From Gemmatimonadales bacterium (GTDB lineage Bacteria > Gemmatimonadota > Gemmatimonadetes > Gemmatimonadales > GWC2-71-9), in the NCBI GenBank assembly GCA_037189525.1, contig JBBCJC010000003.1:320001-384000 (forward strand): 64,000 bases of DNA. Reading direction: 5' to 3'. Below are positions 45,896 to 55,528 of the stretch, piece by piece. The notes beneath the pieces are model-generated. The model was given only the letters and a program-made list of their open reading frames with translations, did not search any database and had not been told where the DNA came from. Made by a program: the position numbers and the translations under genes. Numbering within the stretch: the first letter of the stretch is position 1; every line of letters starts with the position of its first letter.

Positions 45896-48800
45896 ATCCC
45901 TCCCACGGAACGCTGCAACGGTACGGCGTAGTCCAACCGAAGAATCAGCATATTAAGAAGGTTTGTCCGCAACGAAAAGCCGTAGCTGGTCAGCGGGGTC
46001 CGGACGCAGCCCGGCACGGCCAATCCCGTTGCCGGGTCGAATGCGCAGGAAGACGCTGCGGCGCCGTCGCGGTTCAGGTCGACCGTCATGCCGCGCTCCC
46101 AGAAGACGCCGGCGTCGAAGAACACGGCCGCTTCCAGCGCAGCGGGGAAGTTCCCGAGCGAAATGACCCCGATGCCCGGCGCCACGACCGGAAGACGGAT
46201 CTCGGCGTTGAAGACGGCGGCGCGCGAACCGATCAGCCGGTCGAACGACGGACATCCGGTGAACGAGGTCTCGTCGATCTCTTCCCGGCATTCGTTGCGG
46301 CTGACGGAGCCCTGGGTGTAGCCGCGAATCAGCTCGGTGTTCCCGCCGTAGAACCGGAACCGGCTTTCGTCGCGTCCCATCCGGCCGATGAAGAGTCCGC
46401 GGGTCGCCAGCGTCATGTTGCCGACCAGGCGATCGTATCGGCGCACGTCGCCAGTCACGGACGTGAAGCGCCATCCGGACCCGATCACTTCGAAATTCTG
46501 ACTCACTTCGAAGCGCGACCGGCGACCCAGGAACGGTCCGACATAAGCGCTCAGCGAATTGTCATGGACATAGGCCAGGGCCGGCGCCAGGTACGTAATG
46601 CTCTGAATGTGAGTCGTCTCGAGATAGGGCTCCCGGCTGGGAACGCCTGAACCCAGGAAGTACGGCTCCCGGATCTGCAGGAGGTCGTCCGTCAGGTTCG
46701 CAAAAGCGAGCGACCCTTCGAGCCGTGAGAAGCGACTGAACGGATAGAATGCCCGGGTCGACACGTCGCGCATCACGAGGCGCCGGACGTTGGTCACATA
46801 GGTGCCTTCCTGGCTGGTCGGTCCGGCTTCGAAGGTGCTGTAGTCGTAGAAGAAATACGGCTGCTGCTGGATTCCGACGCCCCAGTTGAGCCTGCGCGAC
46901 AGGTTGGCATACTGGGCGACGAACTGGGTTTCGGGCAATCGGCCGTTGAGCGAGGCGCCGACGACGACCTGCTGATTCGACAGCATGTCACCCAGAACGA
47001 CCACGGCCGAGCCGGTCACCCCGCGGCCGAAGTTGTCGCGGACGTAGCCTATGGTCGGTCGGGATACGTATTCCGGGGCGAAGCGCGCCCGGTAGGGCCG
47101 ATGTACGAAGTCCGTGGTATCGGCCACCGGGATGACCACCGAATCGCGGAGTTTGGCGATAGTCACCGGCGCCGGCTGGCGGAGCGAGTCGGGCAGGGTC
47201 GGGAGCGAGTCGGTCCGGCGGAAGCCGGACTCTCCCCGGTAAATCGACCGCGACTGCAGGACGCCGGCTGGCCGGGAAGTGGTGTCGACCTGCGGGGCCG
47301 GACGCGGCACAAAGATCGGCTGCGCAGCAACCAGGATCGGTTGTCCCGCCGCGCGCGGACGCCAGGGCTCCTTCTTGAGCGACCGCGGGTCGTTGACAGA
47401 GTAGATGTCGTAGTTGGCCTGTTCGAAGTAGATGAAGGCCAGGCGGTCGGCGCCGCGCGCCCACGACAGCACTGGAGAGAGCGGGGTCACGCCCTGCACC
47501 CCGGTGTAGAACTGCGTCAGCTGGTAGACCTCGCGGTCGGCGAAGTCATACAGGAAGATGTTGGCGACATTGTCGCGATCCGAGACGAACGCGATCGACT
47601 GTCCGTCCGGCGCCCACTGCGGATTGGAATTGCGGCCCTCGTCCATGTTCGGCAGCACTTCGATCCGGCCGTCGTCGAAGTGGTAGAGCGCAATCCGGAG
47701 CCCGCCCCAGACCAGCGTCTCGAGGTCCGTTCCCGGTCCGCGGTCCGTCGCAAAAGCAATCGTCTTGCCGTCCGGCGACCAGACCGGATGCAGATCGGCG
47801 TACTTGTCGTTGGTCAGTCGGCGGAGATCGCTGCCATCGACATTGATGGTGAAGAGATCGGACAGGCCACCGTCCAGGCCGGTAAAGACGATCCGCGACC
47901 CGTCGGGGCTGAACGTGGGCGTGGTCACCCCGGCTAGCGGCACCGTAATGCGACGGACTTCGCGGTTCCGTTCGGGGTCGACGATGACGATGTCGTCTTT
48001 GCCCGAGCGCTTGGCGGCGACGGCCAGGTAGCGGCCGTCTTCCGACCAGGAGGCCGACGAGGTCATGAAACGGAAGGTTTCGTAGCTGCCGGTGAAGGTC
48101 GATTTGAGCAGCCGCCGAATCGGCTTGCCGCTGACACCGTCGGCAAGCCACAGATCCGTCGAGAAGAAATCCTCCTCGCTGAAATAGGCGACCCGGCTCC
48201 CGTCGGAAGAAAGCGCTGGCGCAAGATGCCAGCTGCCTTTCGAGGTCTCCTTGGTGAGCAGCCCCTGCGCGATGGCGCGGGCCCGGACCCGATTCTCGAT
48301 TTCTGGCAGGTACTGACGGGTTACCGCGTCGCGCCACTGCTCGATCAGTTGCTCGAACGACATCCCCAGGACGCGCCGGAGCGACGCATGGAGCCCGCCG
48401 CCGACCGCGTTCTTGGTGATGGCCCCGATGGCTTCGTCACCCCAGCGCTGGCCGATATAGGTGAGGATGGCGTGGCCGAACTGATAGGGAAACACCGTCA
48501 TCAGTTCACGCGGCGTCGGCAGGGTGCCTTCGAGGGCGCCGTCGCGGAGCCACATGGCCGTCTTCGTATCGGTCGGACCGAGCGAGAAATACTCCGCCAT
48601 ACCTTCGCCGAACCAGAGCGGGGCATTGGCGGAGAAGATGCCTTGAATGCCGGCGCCGCCGCGGCCGCGCGACCAGATGTCGAACTGAAACTGGTGCACC
48701 ATTTCGTGCGTCAGCACGTGGTCGTCGTCGTCGTAAAATCCCGATAGCGGGAAGACGTTCCGGTGCCGGAGAAAGTCGGTGAAGCCCTGCGTACCTTCCG

Positions 48801-49107
48801 GTACGTCGCCGCCGCCCAGATTGGTCTGCTGGAAGTGACTGTGCGAAGCGTAGAGGATGATTGCCTTACGCTCTTCGAACTGGTGGTTCAACACCCGCGA
48901 AAGCCGGGTATAGGCGCGCTCGGCCATCCGGGCCATGTCCATGGCCGCTTCGCGTTCTTCGGGATAGTAGTAGACGTCGAAATGCTCGGTCTGGACGATC
49001 CGGAAGTCGAACCGGCCGTACTGAACCCGGTTTCGGCCGAAGTACTGCGCAGCGAGCGCTCCCGGGAGCCCGACCAGCAGCAGAAGAAGCAGGACGAAGC
49101 GGCGCAT
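45865..49107 (-). CDS. Omp85/BamA-family barrel fused to an N-terminal HExxH peptidase-like domain and PD40/TolB-like propeller
   Basis: QYFGRN.VQY; HEMVH..WFGEGMAEY; repeated P.(W/F)SPDG; IRGY lid motif; LRLDYA.P and terminal Phe. Confidence 0.85.
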   Translation of the reverse strand: MRRFVLLLLLLVGLPGALAAQYFGRNRVQYGRFDFRIVQTEHFDVYYYPEEREAAMDMARMAERAYTRLSRVLNHQFEERKAIILYASHSHFQQTNLGGGDVPEGTQGFTDFLRHRNVFPLSGFYDDDDHVLTHEMVHQFQFDIWSRGRGGAGIQGIFSANAPLWFGEGMAEYFSLGPTDTKTAMWLRDGALEGTLPTPRELMTVFPYQFGHAILTYIGQRWGDEAIGAITKNAVGGGLHASLRRVLGMSFEQLIEQWRDAVTRQYLPEIENRVRARAIAQGLLTKETSKGSWHLAPALSSDGSRVAYFSEEDFFSTDLWLADGVSGKPIRRLLKSTFTGSYETFRFMTSSASWSEDGRYLAVAAKRSGKDDIVIVDPERNREVRRITVPLAGVTTPTFSPDGSRIVFTGLDGGLSDLFTINVDGSDLRRLTNDKYADLHPVWSPDGKTIAFATDRGPGTDLETLVWGGLRIALYHFDDGRIEVLPNMDEGRNSNPQWAPDGQSIAFVSDRDNVANIFLYDFADREVYQLTQFYTGVQGVTPLSPVLSWARGADRLAFIYFEQANYDIYSVNDPRSLKKEPWRPRAAGQPILVAAQPIFVPRPAPQVDTTSRPAGVLQSRSIYRGESGFRRTDSLPTLPDSLRQPAPVTIAKLRDSVVIPVADTTDFVHRPYRARFAPEYVSRPTIGYVRDNFGRGVTGSAVVVLGDMLSNQQVVVGASLNGRLPETQFVAQYANLSRRLNWGVGIQQQPYFFYDYSTFEAGPTSQEGTYVTNVRRLVMRDVSTRAFYPFSRFSRLEGSLAFANLTDDLLQIREPYFLGSGVPSREPYLETTHIQSITYLAPALAYVHDNSLSAYVGPFLGRRSRFEVSQNFEVIGSGWRFTSVTGDVRRYDRLVGNMTLATRGLFIGRMGRDESRFRFYGGNTELIRGYTQGSVSRNECREEIDETSFTGCPSFDRLIGSRAAVFNAEIRLPVVAPGIGVISLGNFPAALEAAVFFDAGVFWERGMTVDLNRDGAAASSCAFDPATGLAVPGCVRTPLTSYGFSLRTNLLNMLILRLDYAVPLQRSVGGMWTISLGPTF

Positions 49108-49110
49108 CGG

Positions 49111-49494
49111 TCAAACCTTTCGTTCCGCGGCCGGTGCGTAGGCAACGGCTGGGGCATCGTTCCAGAGACGTTCGAGCTGGTAGAACGTCCGGGTTTCCGG
49201 ATGAAAAATGTGGACGACGAAGTCGACGAAATCGAGCAGCGCCCAGCGGCCCGACTGGAGACCCTCCACGTGGTGGGCATCGATCCCGAGCTTGGCCATC
49301 CGATCCATCACCGAGTCGGCGATCCCGCGCACATGGGCGTCCGACGTCCCCGACGCGACGACGAAAAAGTCGGCCGCGTCCGACAGGCCACGCAAATCGA
49401 GCGTGACGATGTCGCGGGCTTTGAGGTCGTCTGCGGCGTCGAGCGCCGCCTGTACGGGCTTCGGGATGGTCGAACCTTTGGAGGCACTTGCCAC
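49111..49494 (-). CDS. rsfS: Ribosome silencing factor
   Basis: KARDI..LDL, DFFVVASG.S, EG....WALLD..D.VVHIF....R.FY.LE.LW; SD GGAG. Confidence 0.93.
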   Translation of the reverse strand: MASASKGSTIPKPVQAALDAADDLKARDIVTLDLRGLSDAADFFVVASGTSDAHVRGIADSVMDRMAKLGIDAHHVEGLQSGRWALLDFVDFVVHIFHPETRTFYQLERLWNDAPAVAYAPAAERKV

Positions 49495-49739
49495 GAGCGA
49501 TTCTCCGACGAGCGGGCCGATTCCGCTCGATAACGTGACGGAACGGTCAGACGGGCCGGCCGTACCGCGCTGTCTCGTCTGACAATCGGTTTTCCGGCGC
49601 ACCCTGACGGCCGGGTAGGTGTCGGAAGGTCGGGGGTTGATCCGCGAAACGGAAGGGTTGCCGGCCCGCCGGTCCGATGCACCGATCGGGACGTGGGCGG
49701 GCCCGCAACGACGGGCCGGGCAAGGGGCTGAGCCTGGCG

Positions 49740-50189
49740 CTATTCTGCCGCGATGGTGACCTGGAGTTGGGCAGTCACGTCCGGGTGAATCCGGATCGAG
49801 ACCGGGTGCGTTCCGAGGTGCTTGATGGGGTGCTCGAGTTCGATTCGGCGGCGATCGATCTCGAAGCCCTGTTTGGCCAGCGCCTCCGCCACATCGGACG
49901 AGGTGATCGAGCCGAAGAGCTTGTCGCCTTCACCGGCTTTGGCGGTGAGTTTGAGGGCGACGGCGCCCAGCTTGCCGGCCAAGGCCTGCGCCTCGGCCTT
50001 ATCGGCGGCGGCGCGTGAGGCCCGCGCTTTGTGCTCGGATTCGATCCGGCGCTTGTTGCCCTCGGTGGCCTCGAACGCCAGGCCGCGGGGCAGCAGGAAG
50101 TTGCGCGCATAGCCGGGTTTGACACGCACCAGCGCGCCGGCCTTGCCCAATCCCTTGACGTCTTCCCGAAGAATTACTTCAAGATGCAT
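49740..50189 (-). CDS. rplI: 50S ribosomal protein L9
   Basis: EVILREDVKGLGKAG..V.VKPGYARNFLLP, KLFGSIT. Confidence 0.96.
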   Translation of the reverse strand: MHLEVILREDVKGLGKAGALVRVKPGYARNFLLPRGLAFEATEGNKRRIESEHKARASRAAADKAEAQALAGKLGAVALKLTAKAGEGDKLFGSITSSDVAEALAKQGFEIDRRRIELEHPIKHLGTHPVSIRIHPDVTAQLQVTIAAE

Positions 50190-51114
50190 TGCCGCCTCCA
50201 GCGGTCGGAATGCTGCGGTTACGAAAATCGATCCAGGTGTCGGCAACGCCGACCATCACCAGCGTGGCAAGGGCCATCGGCAGTACCAGCACCGAGGCGA
50301 TCAGCACCAGCAGCTTGCCCGGCAGAGGCCACGTTTGCGTCGACCGCAGGACGATGGCCAGGCCCCGAACGGCATAGATGCCGCCCCAGACGATCGTGGC
50401 CCAGCTGACGACACGGCCGATCGGGCCACCGACGTCGAACAGGGCGAGTGCCAGCGTAAAGATAGCACCCCAGATGATGTGATCATTGAAGCGGAACTCG
50501 AACAATGGACGCGGCGGTCGGCCGATCGGCGTCGCCGCAATCAGATGATACCAGCGCCACGCCAACGCGAGGCCCAGCATGCCCAGCAGCGCCATGATGC
50601 CGGGAAACGATCGGGCCATGAGCGGCAGGGCTTCCGTCATCATGGCCGCCTGCGCCGGGTCCGCGCCGCGGAGTCCGATCTCCAAGCCGCGCCGGAGATC
50701 CTCGGCCAGCGCGGCGTCGATCGTGGCCATGGCAATGCCCGCCGAGCGAGCCCACACTGCTGCGGCGGCCAGTCCGGTCACGATGGCAACGCCGGCACGC
50801 AGCAGCGTCGAGGCGCGCGGCAGGAGATGGATCAACAGGACGAACACGCCGCCGGCCGTGATCGCGACCGCGGTGAGCAGACGGACCGAGACCGCGGGGT
50901 GCGCCGCATCGCCCAGAACCTTGAGTCCGCCGAGGCTGCCCGCGAGCACGAGCCAGAGCCACTCGCGAGGACTCCTGGGCGGGGTGAACGCCAGCAGCAG
51001 GGCGAGGGGCACCAATAGAAAAAGTGGTGGGGCAACCAGAAGGTATGCCACCACCACGAACGTCATGCCGAACGCGGGGCGGCACCCCTCGGGGGGTGCC
51101 GCGGGCGAAGTCAT
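50179..51114 (-). CDS. DUF2232/YybS-like membrane protein
   Basis: Multi-TM protein between rpsR and rplI; C-terminal G..DTW.DFR motif. Confidence 0.8.
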   Translation of the reverse strand: MTSPAAPPEGCRPAFGMTFVVVAYLLVAPPLFLLVPLALLLAFTPPRSPREWLWLVLAGSLGGLKVLGDAAHPAVSVRLLTAVAITAGGVFVLLIHLLPRASTLLRAGVAIVTGLAAAAVWARSAGIAMATIDAALAEDLRRGLEIGLRGADPAQAAMMTEALPLMARSFPGIMALLGMLGLALAWRWYHLIAATPIGRPPRPLFEFRFNDHIIWGAIFTLALALFDVGGPIGRVVSWATIVWGGIYAVRGLAIVLRSTQTWPLPGKLLVLIASVLVLPMALATLVMVGVADTWIDFRNRSIPTAGGGNAS

Positions 51115-51335
51115 CAGCCCGTATGTCCCTTGATGTAGGGCAGGAGTGCCAGGTACCGGGCTCGCTTGATGGCCACGGCCAGCTGGCGCTGATGCCGAGC
51201 GGTCACGCCGCTCAGACGGCGGGGCAGGATCTTCCCGCGCTCGGTCAGGAACCGCGACAGCAGCTTCTCATCCTTGTAGTCGACGACCCGGATCCGCAGC
51301 TCGGCCAGCGGATCGCCCTTCTTGTGGCGGCTCAT
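51114..51335 (-). CDS. rpsR: 30S ribosomal protein S18
   Basis: [19 protein letters not shown]....QR.LA.AIKRAR..ALLPY. Confidence 0.96.
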   Translation of the reverse strand: MSRHKKGDPLAELRIRVVDYKDEKLLSRFLTERGKILPRRLSGVTARHQRQLAVAIKRARYLALLPYIKGHTG

Positions 51336-51679
51336 TCGTCGTCCTCCCCTTCGGCATCGGCCGGCTTGACCGCAGCGTAGTTGGGCGGCGTCGGCGGCTC
51401 GTCGTTCAGCACCACCAGATGACGCAGGACGCTGTCATCGAGCTTGATGGCGCGCTCGAATTCGGGCAGTGCGCTCGATTCGGCGTCGAAATTGGCTACG
51501 ACATAGTAGCCGGAGTCGTTCTTCTTGATCTGATACGCCAGCGCGCGGCGACCCCAATGATTCAACTGCACCGACTCGACGTTGCCGATCAGTGCGTGGA
51601 AACCTGCGAGCTTGGCGTTGACGGCTTCTTCGTCCAGGGCCGGATCGAAGATGTAGACTACCTCGTACGGACGAGCCAT
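51332..51679 (-). CDS. rpsF: 30S ribosomal protein S6
   Basis: [18 protein letters not shown]...GYY, VLRHLVV. Confidence 0.95.
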   Translation of the reverse strand: MARPYEVVYIFDPALDEEAVNAKLAGFHALIGNVESVQLNHWGRRALAYQIKKNDSGYYVVANFDAESSALPEFERAIKLDDSVLRHLVVLNDEPPTPPNYAAVKPADAEGEDDE

Positions 51680-51745
51680 GCACACCTTTCCTTTGGTCGT
51701 GGTCGCCCCGGGTCCGGTGCGTGAACCCGGGGAGGATGATTGACA
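51680..51745 (-). promoter_or_regulatory. Putative S6:S18-type structured leader
   Basis: 10-bp hairpin CCCCGGGUUC/GGACCCGGGG (51706-51732) preceded by C-rich UCCUCC able to pair with the AAGGA SD region; candidate promoter TTGTTC-N17-TAGATT at 51781-51753. Confidence 0.55.
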
Positions 51746-51845
51746 GCCTTTCAATCTACATCGGCGCCGCGTCTGGAACAACGGAGCCATCCTGCCTGGA
51801 GATGCCCGGCCTGGTCCGGAAACTGGGCTGGGCTAGTTTTGATCC

Positions 51846-52457
51846 ATGCGTCTCGAATCGCTGCAGACAGGGCAACCCCGCACGGTCAGCCGGGGCGGTA
51901 ACGGGGACGAATCCTGGACCAGTACCATCTGGAAGGATCCGGTCGTCGGTCGGGTCTGGACCGGCGCGTTGGGGCTGAGCGGAGATGCGCCCGGTGACGA
52001 TCCTGATCGAGCCCTGCTGGCCTCTGCCGCGGCCCACTATCCCTCGTGGCGGAAAGCCTGGGGAGTTCCTGACCTGGGGCCTGGAGCATTCGGGGAAAAT
52101 CTGACCATTGCCGGCTGGGATGAGCGGACGGTCTGTCTCGGCGATCTGTTCCTGATTGGTGATCTCCGGGTGGAGGTGTCGGGGCCGGGGCGACCGGGTC
52201 CGGACCTGGAGCGGCGGCATCGTCGTGACGGCATCCTCGAGGACATTGCCGCGACGGGGCGGTGGGGCTGGTACTTCCGGGTGGAGAACGAGGCCTGGCT
52301 CGAGCCTGGCCTGCCCGTGACCCTGATCGATCGGCCCTATCCGCAGTGGCCGATCGTCCGCGTGGCGCGTGCCCTCGACGATCGGCGCGACGCGAACGAG
52401 CTGGCCGGTTGCGGGGCCTTCTCTGACGGGTGGCGCGCTTTACTCACGGCGGGGTGA
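51846..52457 (+). CDS. MOSC domain protein (YiiM-like), degenerate
   Basis: TSTIWK.PV, PGAFGENLT, VCLGD, GWYFRV; the PxxPC cysteine is absent. Confidence 0.8.
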   Translation: MRLESLQTGQPRTVSRGGNGDESWTSTIWKDPVVGRVWTGALGLSGDAPGDDPDRALLASAAAHYPSWRKAWGVPDLGPGAFGENLTIAGWDERTVCLGDLFLIGDLRVEVSGPGRPGPDLERRHRRDGILEDIAATGRWGWYFRVENEAWLEPGLPVTLIDRPYPQWPIVRVARALDDRRDANELAGCGAFSDGWRALLTAG

Positions 52458-52537
52458 GTGGTTCGGCGTTCGTGACCCCGGGGCCGGCCGGCCGATTCCG
52501 GTATACTATTATGGATACAATCTCCAAGGATCATTCC

Positions 52538-54058
52538 ATGCGTTTCGCTTCCCTGGCCGTGGCCTGTGCCGTGGCCGTGGCGGTCGCCCCACTGCCGGCG
52601 CAGCGTCCGGTCAGCCATGCTCGCGAACTCGCGGCCATCGACAACGTCGTCACGTCGATGATGAAAGAGTGGCAGGTGCCCGGGCTCGCGCTGGGCATCG
52701 TCAAGGACGGCAAGGTGCTGTATCTCAAGGGATACGGATACCGCGACGTGGAGCAGCAGTTGCCGGTTACTCCGCAGACGCGGATGGCCATCGGATCCAA
52801 CAGCAAGTCGTTCACTGCGCTCTTGATGGGCATGCTGGTCGACCAGAAGAAGCTCGAATGGGACAAGCCGGTCAAACAGTATCTCCCTGACTTCGAGCTG
52901 TACGATGAATACGCCACCCGGAAGCTGACCCCGCGAGACCTGGTGAGCCATAGCTCCGGCCTGCCGCGTCACGACATGGTCTGGTATGGGCGCGACATCA
53001 AGCGCCAGGACATTTTGGGCCGGCTCAAGTATCTGGAGCCCACCACGTCGTTCCGGGGTGCCTGGCAGTATCAGAACCTGATGTTCGTCACGGCCGGCAT
53101 TCTGGTGGAGCGGCTCTGGGGACGCAGCTGGGAAGACTTGGTCAAGAACGAGATCTTCGGGCCGCTCGGCATGACGCAGTCGTTGCCCGGGACGACGGGG
53201 ATCGACGGGCCCGGCGATTTCTCGTGGCCCTATCAGCTGGTCAACGAGAAGATCACCCGGATTCCGTACCGGGTCATCGATGAAGTGGGACCGGCCGGCT
53301 CGATCACGTCGACGGTCGAGGACATGGTGAAGTACGTCCAGTTCCGGCTCGATCGCGGGGCCGGCGATCACAAGGTGAAGATCTCGCCGGCACAGGAGAA
53401 TCTGATGCAGTCGCCCAAGATGGTGGTCGGCGGGGCAGCGGCTGCGGTCTGGCCTGGGGTCGAGTTGGTCAGCTACGGGCTCGGGCTCGGCGTCGGATCC
53501 TATCGCGGCCACGGCATCGTGATCCATGGTGGCGGGATCGATGGGTTCATTTCACAGATGTCGTGGATTCCCTCGAAGAACATCGGTGTGGTCGTGTTGA
53601 CGAACTCGGGGAATCCGATTCCGACCCTGGTCGTGGAGTCGGTCTACGACCGGCTGCTTGGCCTGCCGCCGGTCGACTACGCCGCGATTCAGCGCAAGGT
53701 CGACGCCGACGGCAAGGCGGCGGTCGCGAAAGCGCAGGCCGAGCACCGCGCGACCCAGAAGCAGGGCACCTCGCCGAGCCATTCGCTGGCTGCGTATGCG
53801 GGGAGCTACGAGCATCCGGGCTACGGGCGGCTGGTGGTGCGGGAGCAGGGTGGCCGGCTCGAACTCGGGCTCGACAACCTCAAAGCGCCGCTCCGCCACT
53901 TTCACTACGATGTCTTCGAGGTTGATCCGACCGTCGGGACTACGGTGTTGAGCGGAACGGCGAGCTTCAGCACTAACCTGAAGGGTGAGGTGGACGAGGT
54001 GGCCCTGCCGCTCGAGGCGGGCGTGAAGCCGATCGTCTTCACGCGGGTGAAGAACTGA
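52538..54058 (+). CDS. Serine hydrolase, beta-lactamase/AmpC-like, with DUF3471-like C-terminus
   Basis: Signal peptide; SNSK (SxxK), YQN, HGG.IDGF, YAGSYEHPGYG. Confidence 0.9.
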   Translation: MRFASLAVACAVAVAVAPLPAQRPVSHARELAAIDNVVTSMMKEWQVPGLALGIVKDGKVLYLKGYGYRDVEQQLPVTPQTRMAIGSNSKSFTALLMGMLVDQKKLEWDKPVKQYLPDFELYDEYATRKLTPRDLVSHSSGLPRHDMVWYGRDIKRQDILGRLKYLEPTTSFRGAWQYQNLMFVTAGILVERLWGRSWEDLVKNEIFGPLGMTQSLPGTTGIDGPGDFSWPYQLVNEKITRIPYRVIDEVGPAGSITSTVEDMVKYVQFRLDRGAGDHKVKISPAQENLMQSPKMVVGGAAAAVWPGVELVSYGLGLGVGSYRGHGIVIHGGGIDGFISQMSWIPSKNIGVVVLTNSGNPIPTLVVESVYDRLLGLPPVDYAAIQRKVDADGKAAVAKAQAEHRATQKQGTSPSHSLAAYAGSYEHPGYGRLVVREQGGRLELGLDNLKAPLRHFHYDVFEVDPTVGTTVLSGTASFSTNLKGEVDEVALPLEAGVKPIVFTRVKN

Positions 54059-54107
54059 TTCGCTCGGTGAGGACGACTCCGATCGGGAGTCGTTGGTAGT
54101 GTCTTAC

Positions 54108-54152
54108 GTGCCCCACTTCGCCGGTAGCCGCGGAGTGGGGCACTGACGTTTT
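54108..54152. terminator. Putative terminator hairpin between convergent genes
   Basis: 14-bp stem GTGCCCCACTTCGC/GCGGAGTGGGGCAC; a second 8-bp stem at 54073-54093. Confidence 0.6.
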
Positions 54153-54200
54153 AAGTCATCGGAAGATTCGAGGGGCCAGCCACGGGTAGAGGCCGGTATC

Positions 54201-55352
54201 TCAGCGCGGGCGAGGCATCGTTGGCCAGGGGTAGCGACCGAGAAACTCCTGATGGTCTTCGTCGAGTGTTATCAGATAGATGTACGATCGACTGAACCCG
54301 ACGAGCTGAGTACGTGTCGGCGTGTACACCTGCTGGACGACGATACCGAGAAAGTCGATGATGTCGAAGTGCTCGGGCGCGCCGACTTCCGTCGTACGTT
54401 GGATCCAGAGAAGCCCGTTCGGGTCGAATCGTGGCGCGCCCGAAAGAAACGGTGGCAGGAACGCTGGCCACTGCACCGGCTCGAACGGTCGCGACACTCG
54501 AACGTCGGCTCGTGGGGCGACGTTGCCTGGTATCATCATCATGACCGGATGTGGTCGGGCATAATCGTGGTACCATTGTTTCTTCTGCGCGGCGCTGACC
54601 CGGAGCCGGCGGTACTGAATCGGTTTGCCCTTGATGTGGACCCCTTGCGCGTCGATGTGCTCGACCGAATAGGGATTCGGTCTGATGATCGCGATCTGTC
54701 CGTCGAGACCCAAGGCCCACTGCGGCGCGGTGGTAAAGGCGCGGCTTCCTTCGCCGGGCGGGAGGGTGCGTTCCCGAACGGGCCGGAGGGGCAGGTAGGC
54801 AACGGTATCCCGGCGTGTCGCACCGATGCGCCACCGTTCGATTGGTGCGGAGTCCGTCGGCTGCAGATGCTCGGGTGTGAAATTCGAAAAGGCTAAGGTG
54901 TAGAGATTGCCCCGGCCGTCGCTCGCGGTCGCGCCCTGTCCGGTCACGCGCGATTGATTGGTAGACTTACCCCCGTGAACGTCGAGGAATCCGCTCGGCG
55001 TACCCTTGCCCGTAATGACGAGGATGCGCCGGTTGCCGCCGTCGATGATGCCGATGCTGTCGCCCCCCAAGTGGAGCAGCCCGGTTGGGAACCGATACTC
55101 TCGAGGACCCGACCCGATTCTTCCGATGGGCGTGACCGCGTCCGCCGCGAAGTCGACCAGCAGGACGCGTTGCGCGTTGGCGTCCAGGACTACGACCTTG
55201 CCATCCCGCAACTCATGGAGTCCGCGGATTCGATCGAAGGGATGCGAGATCGATCGGTCCGGCTTGGAAAGGGACGTGACCTGGACTTGCGCGCTGGCTG
55301 CGAAGGCCGACGCCGAGGTGAGCACGACCAGCGTTATCGGGAGTCCAGACAT
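54201..55352 (-). CDS. Hypothetical secreted beta-propeller-like protein
   Basis: Signal peptide; ELRDG.VVVLD, IGR.GSGP.EY..P, D.NG.LW motifs. Confidence 0.65.
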   Translation of the reverse strand: MSGLPITLVVLTSASAFAASAQVQVTSLSKPDRSISHPFDRIRGLHELRDGKVVVLDANAQRVLLVDFAADAVTPIGRIGSGPREYRFPTGLLHLGGDSIGIIDGGNRRILVITGKGTPSGFLDVHGGKSTNQSRVTGQGATASDGRGNLYTLAFSNFTPEHLQPTDSAPIERWRIGATRRDTVAYLPLRPVRERTLPPGEGSRAFTTAPQWALGLDGQIAIIRPNPYSVEHIDAQGVHIKGKPIQYRRLRVSAAQKKQWYHDYARPHPVMMMIPGNVAPRADVRVSRPFEPVQWPAFLPPFLSGAPRFDPNGLLWIQRTTEVGAPEHFDIIDFLGIVVQQVYTPTRTQLVGFSRSYIYLITLDEDHQEFLGRYPWPTMPRPR

Positions 55353-55528
55353 AGGCAGACCCACGCTTGATGACGGCTGCGGTCTGGCGATCCAAGCTAG
55401 CTGGGAACCGGATCTGCCAGTGGTCACGTCAAGAGACGATGGCCTCCGATGCGTTGCTTGGCAAGGGCCTCTGGCAGCGACTCGGTCTCAGCCGTGCGGA
55501 GCTGAGGGAGGGTGCCGTCCGCGAACTG

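Noticed and set aside
54201..55352. Possible horizontally acquired islet (codon usage looks less GC-biased)
   Set aside because: No integrase, tRNA, direct repeats or IS ends; the impression is unquantified.
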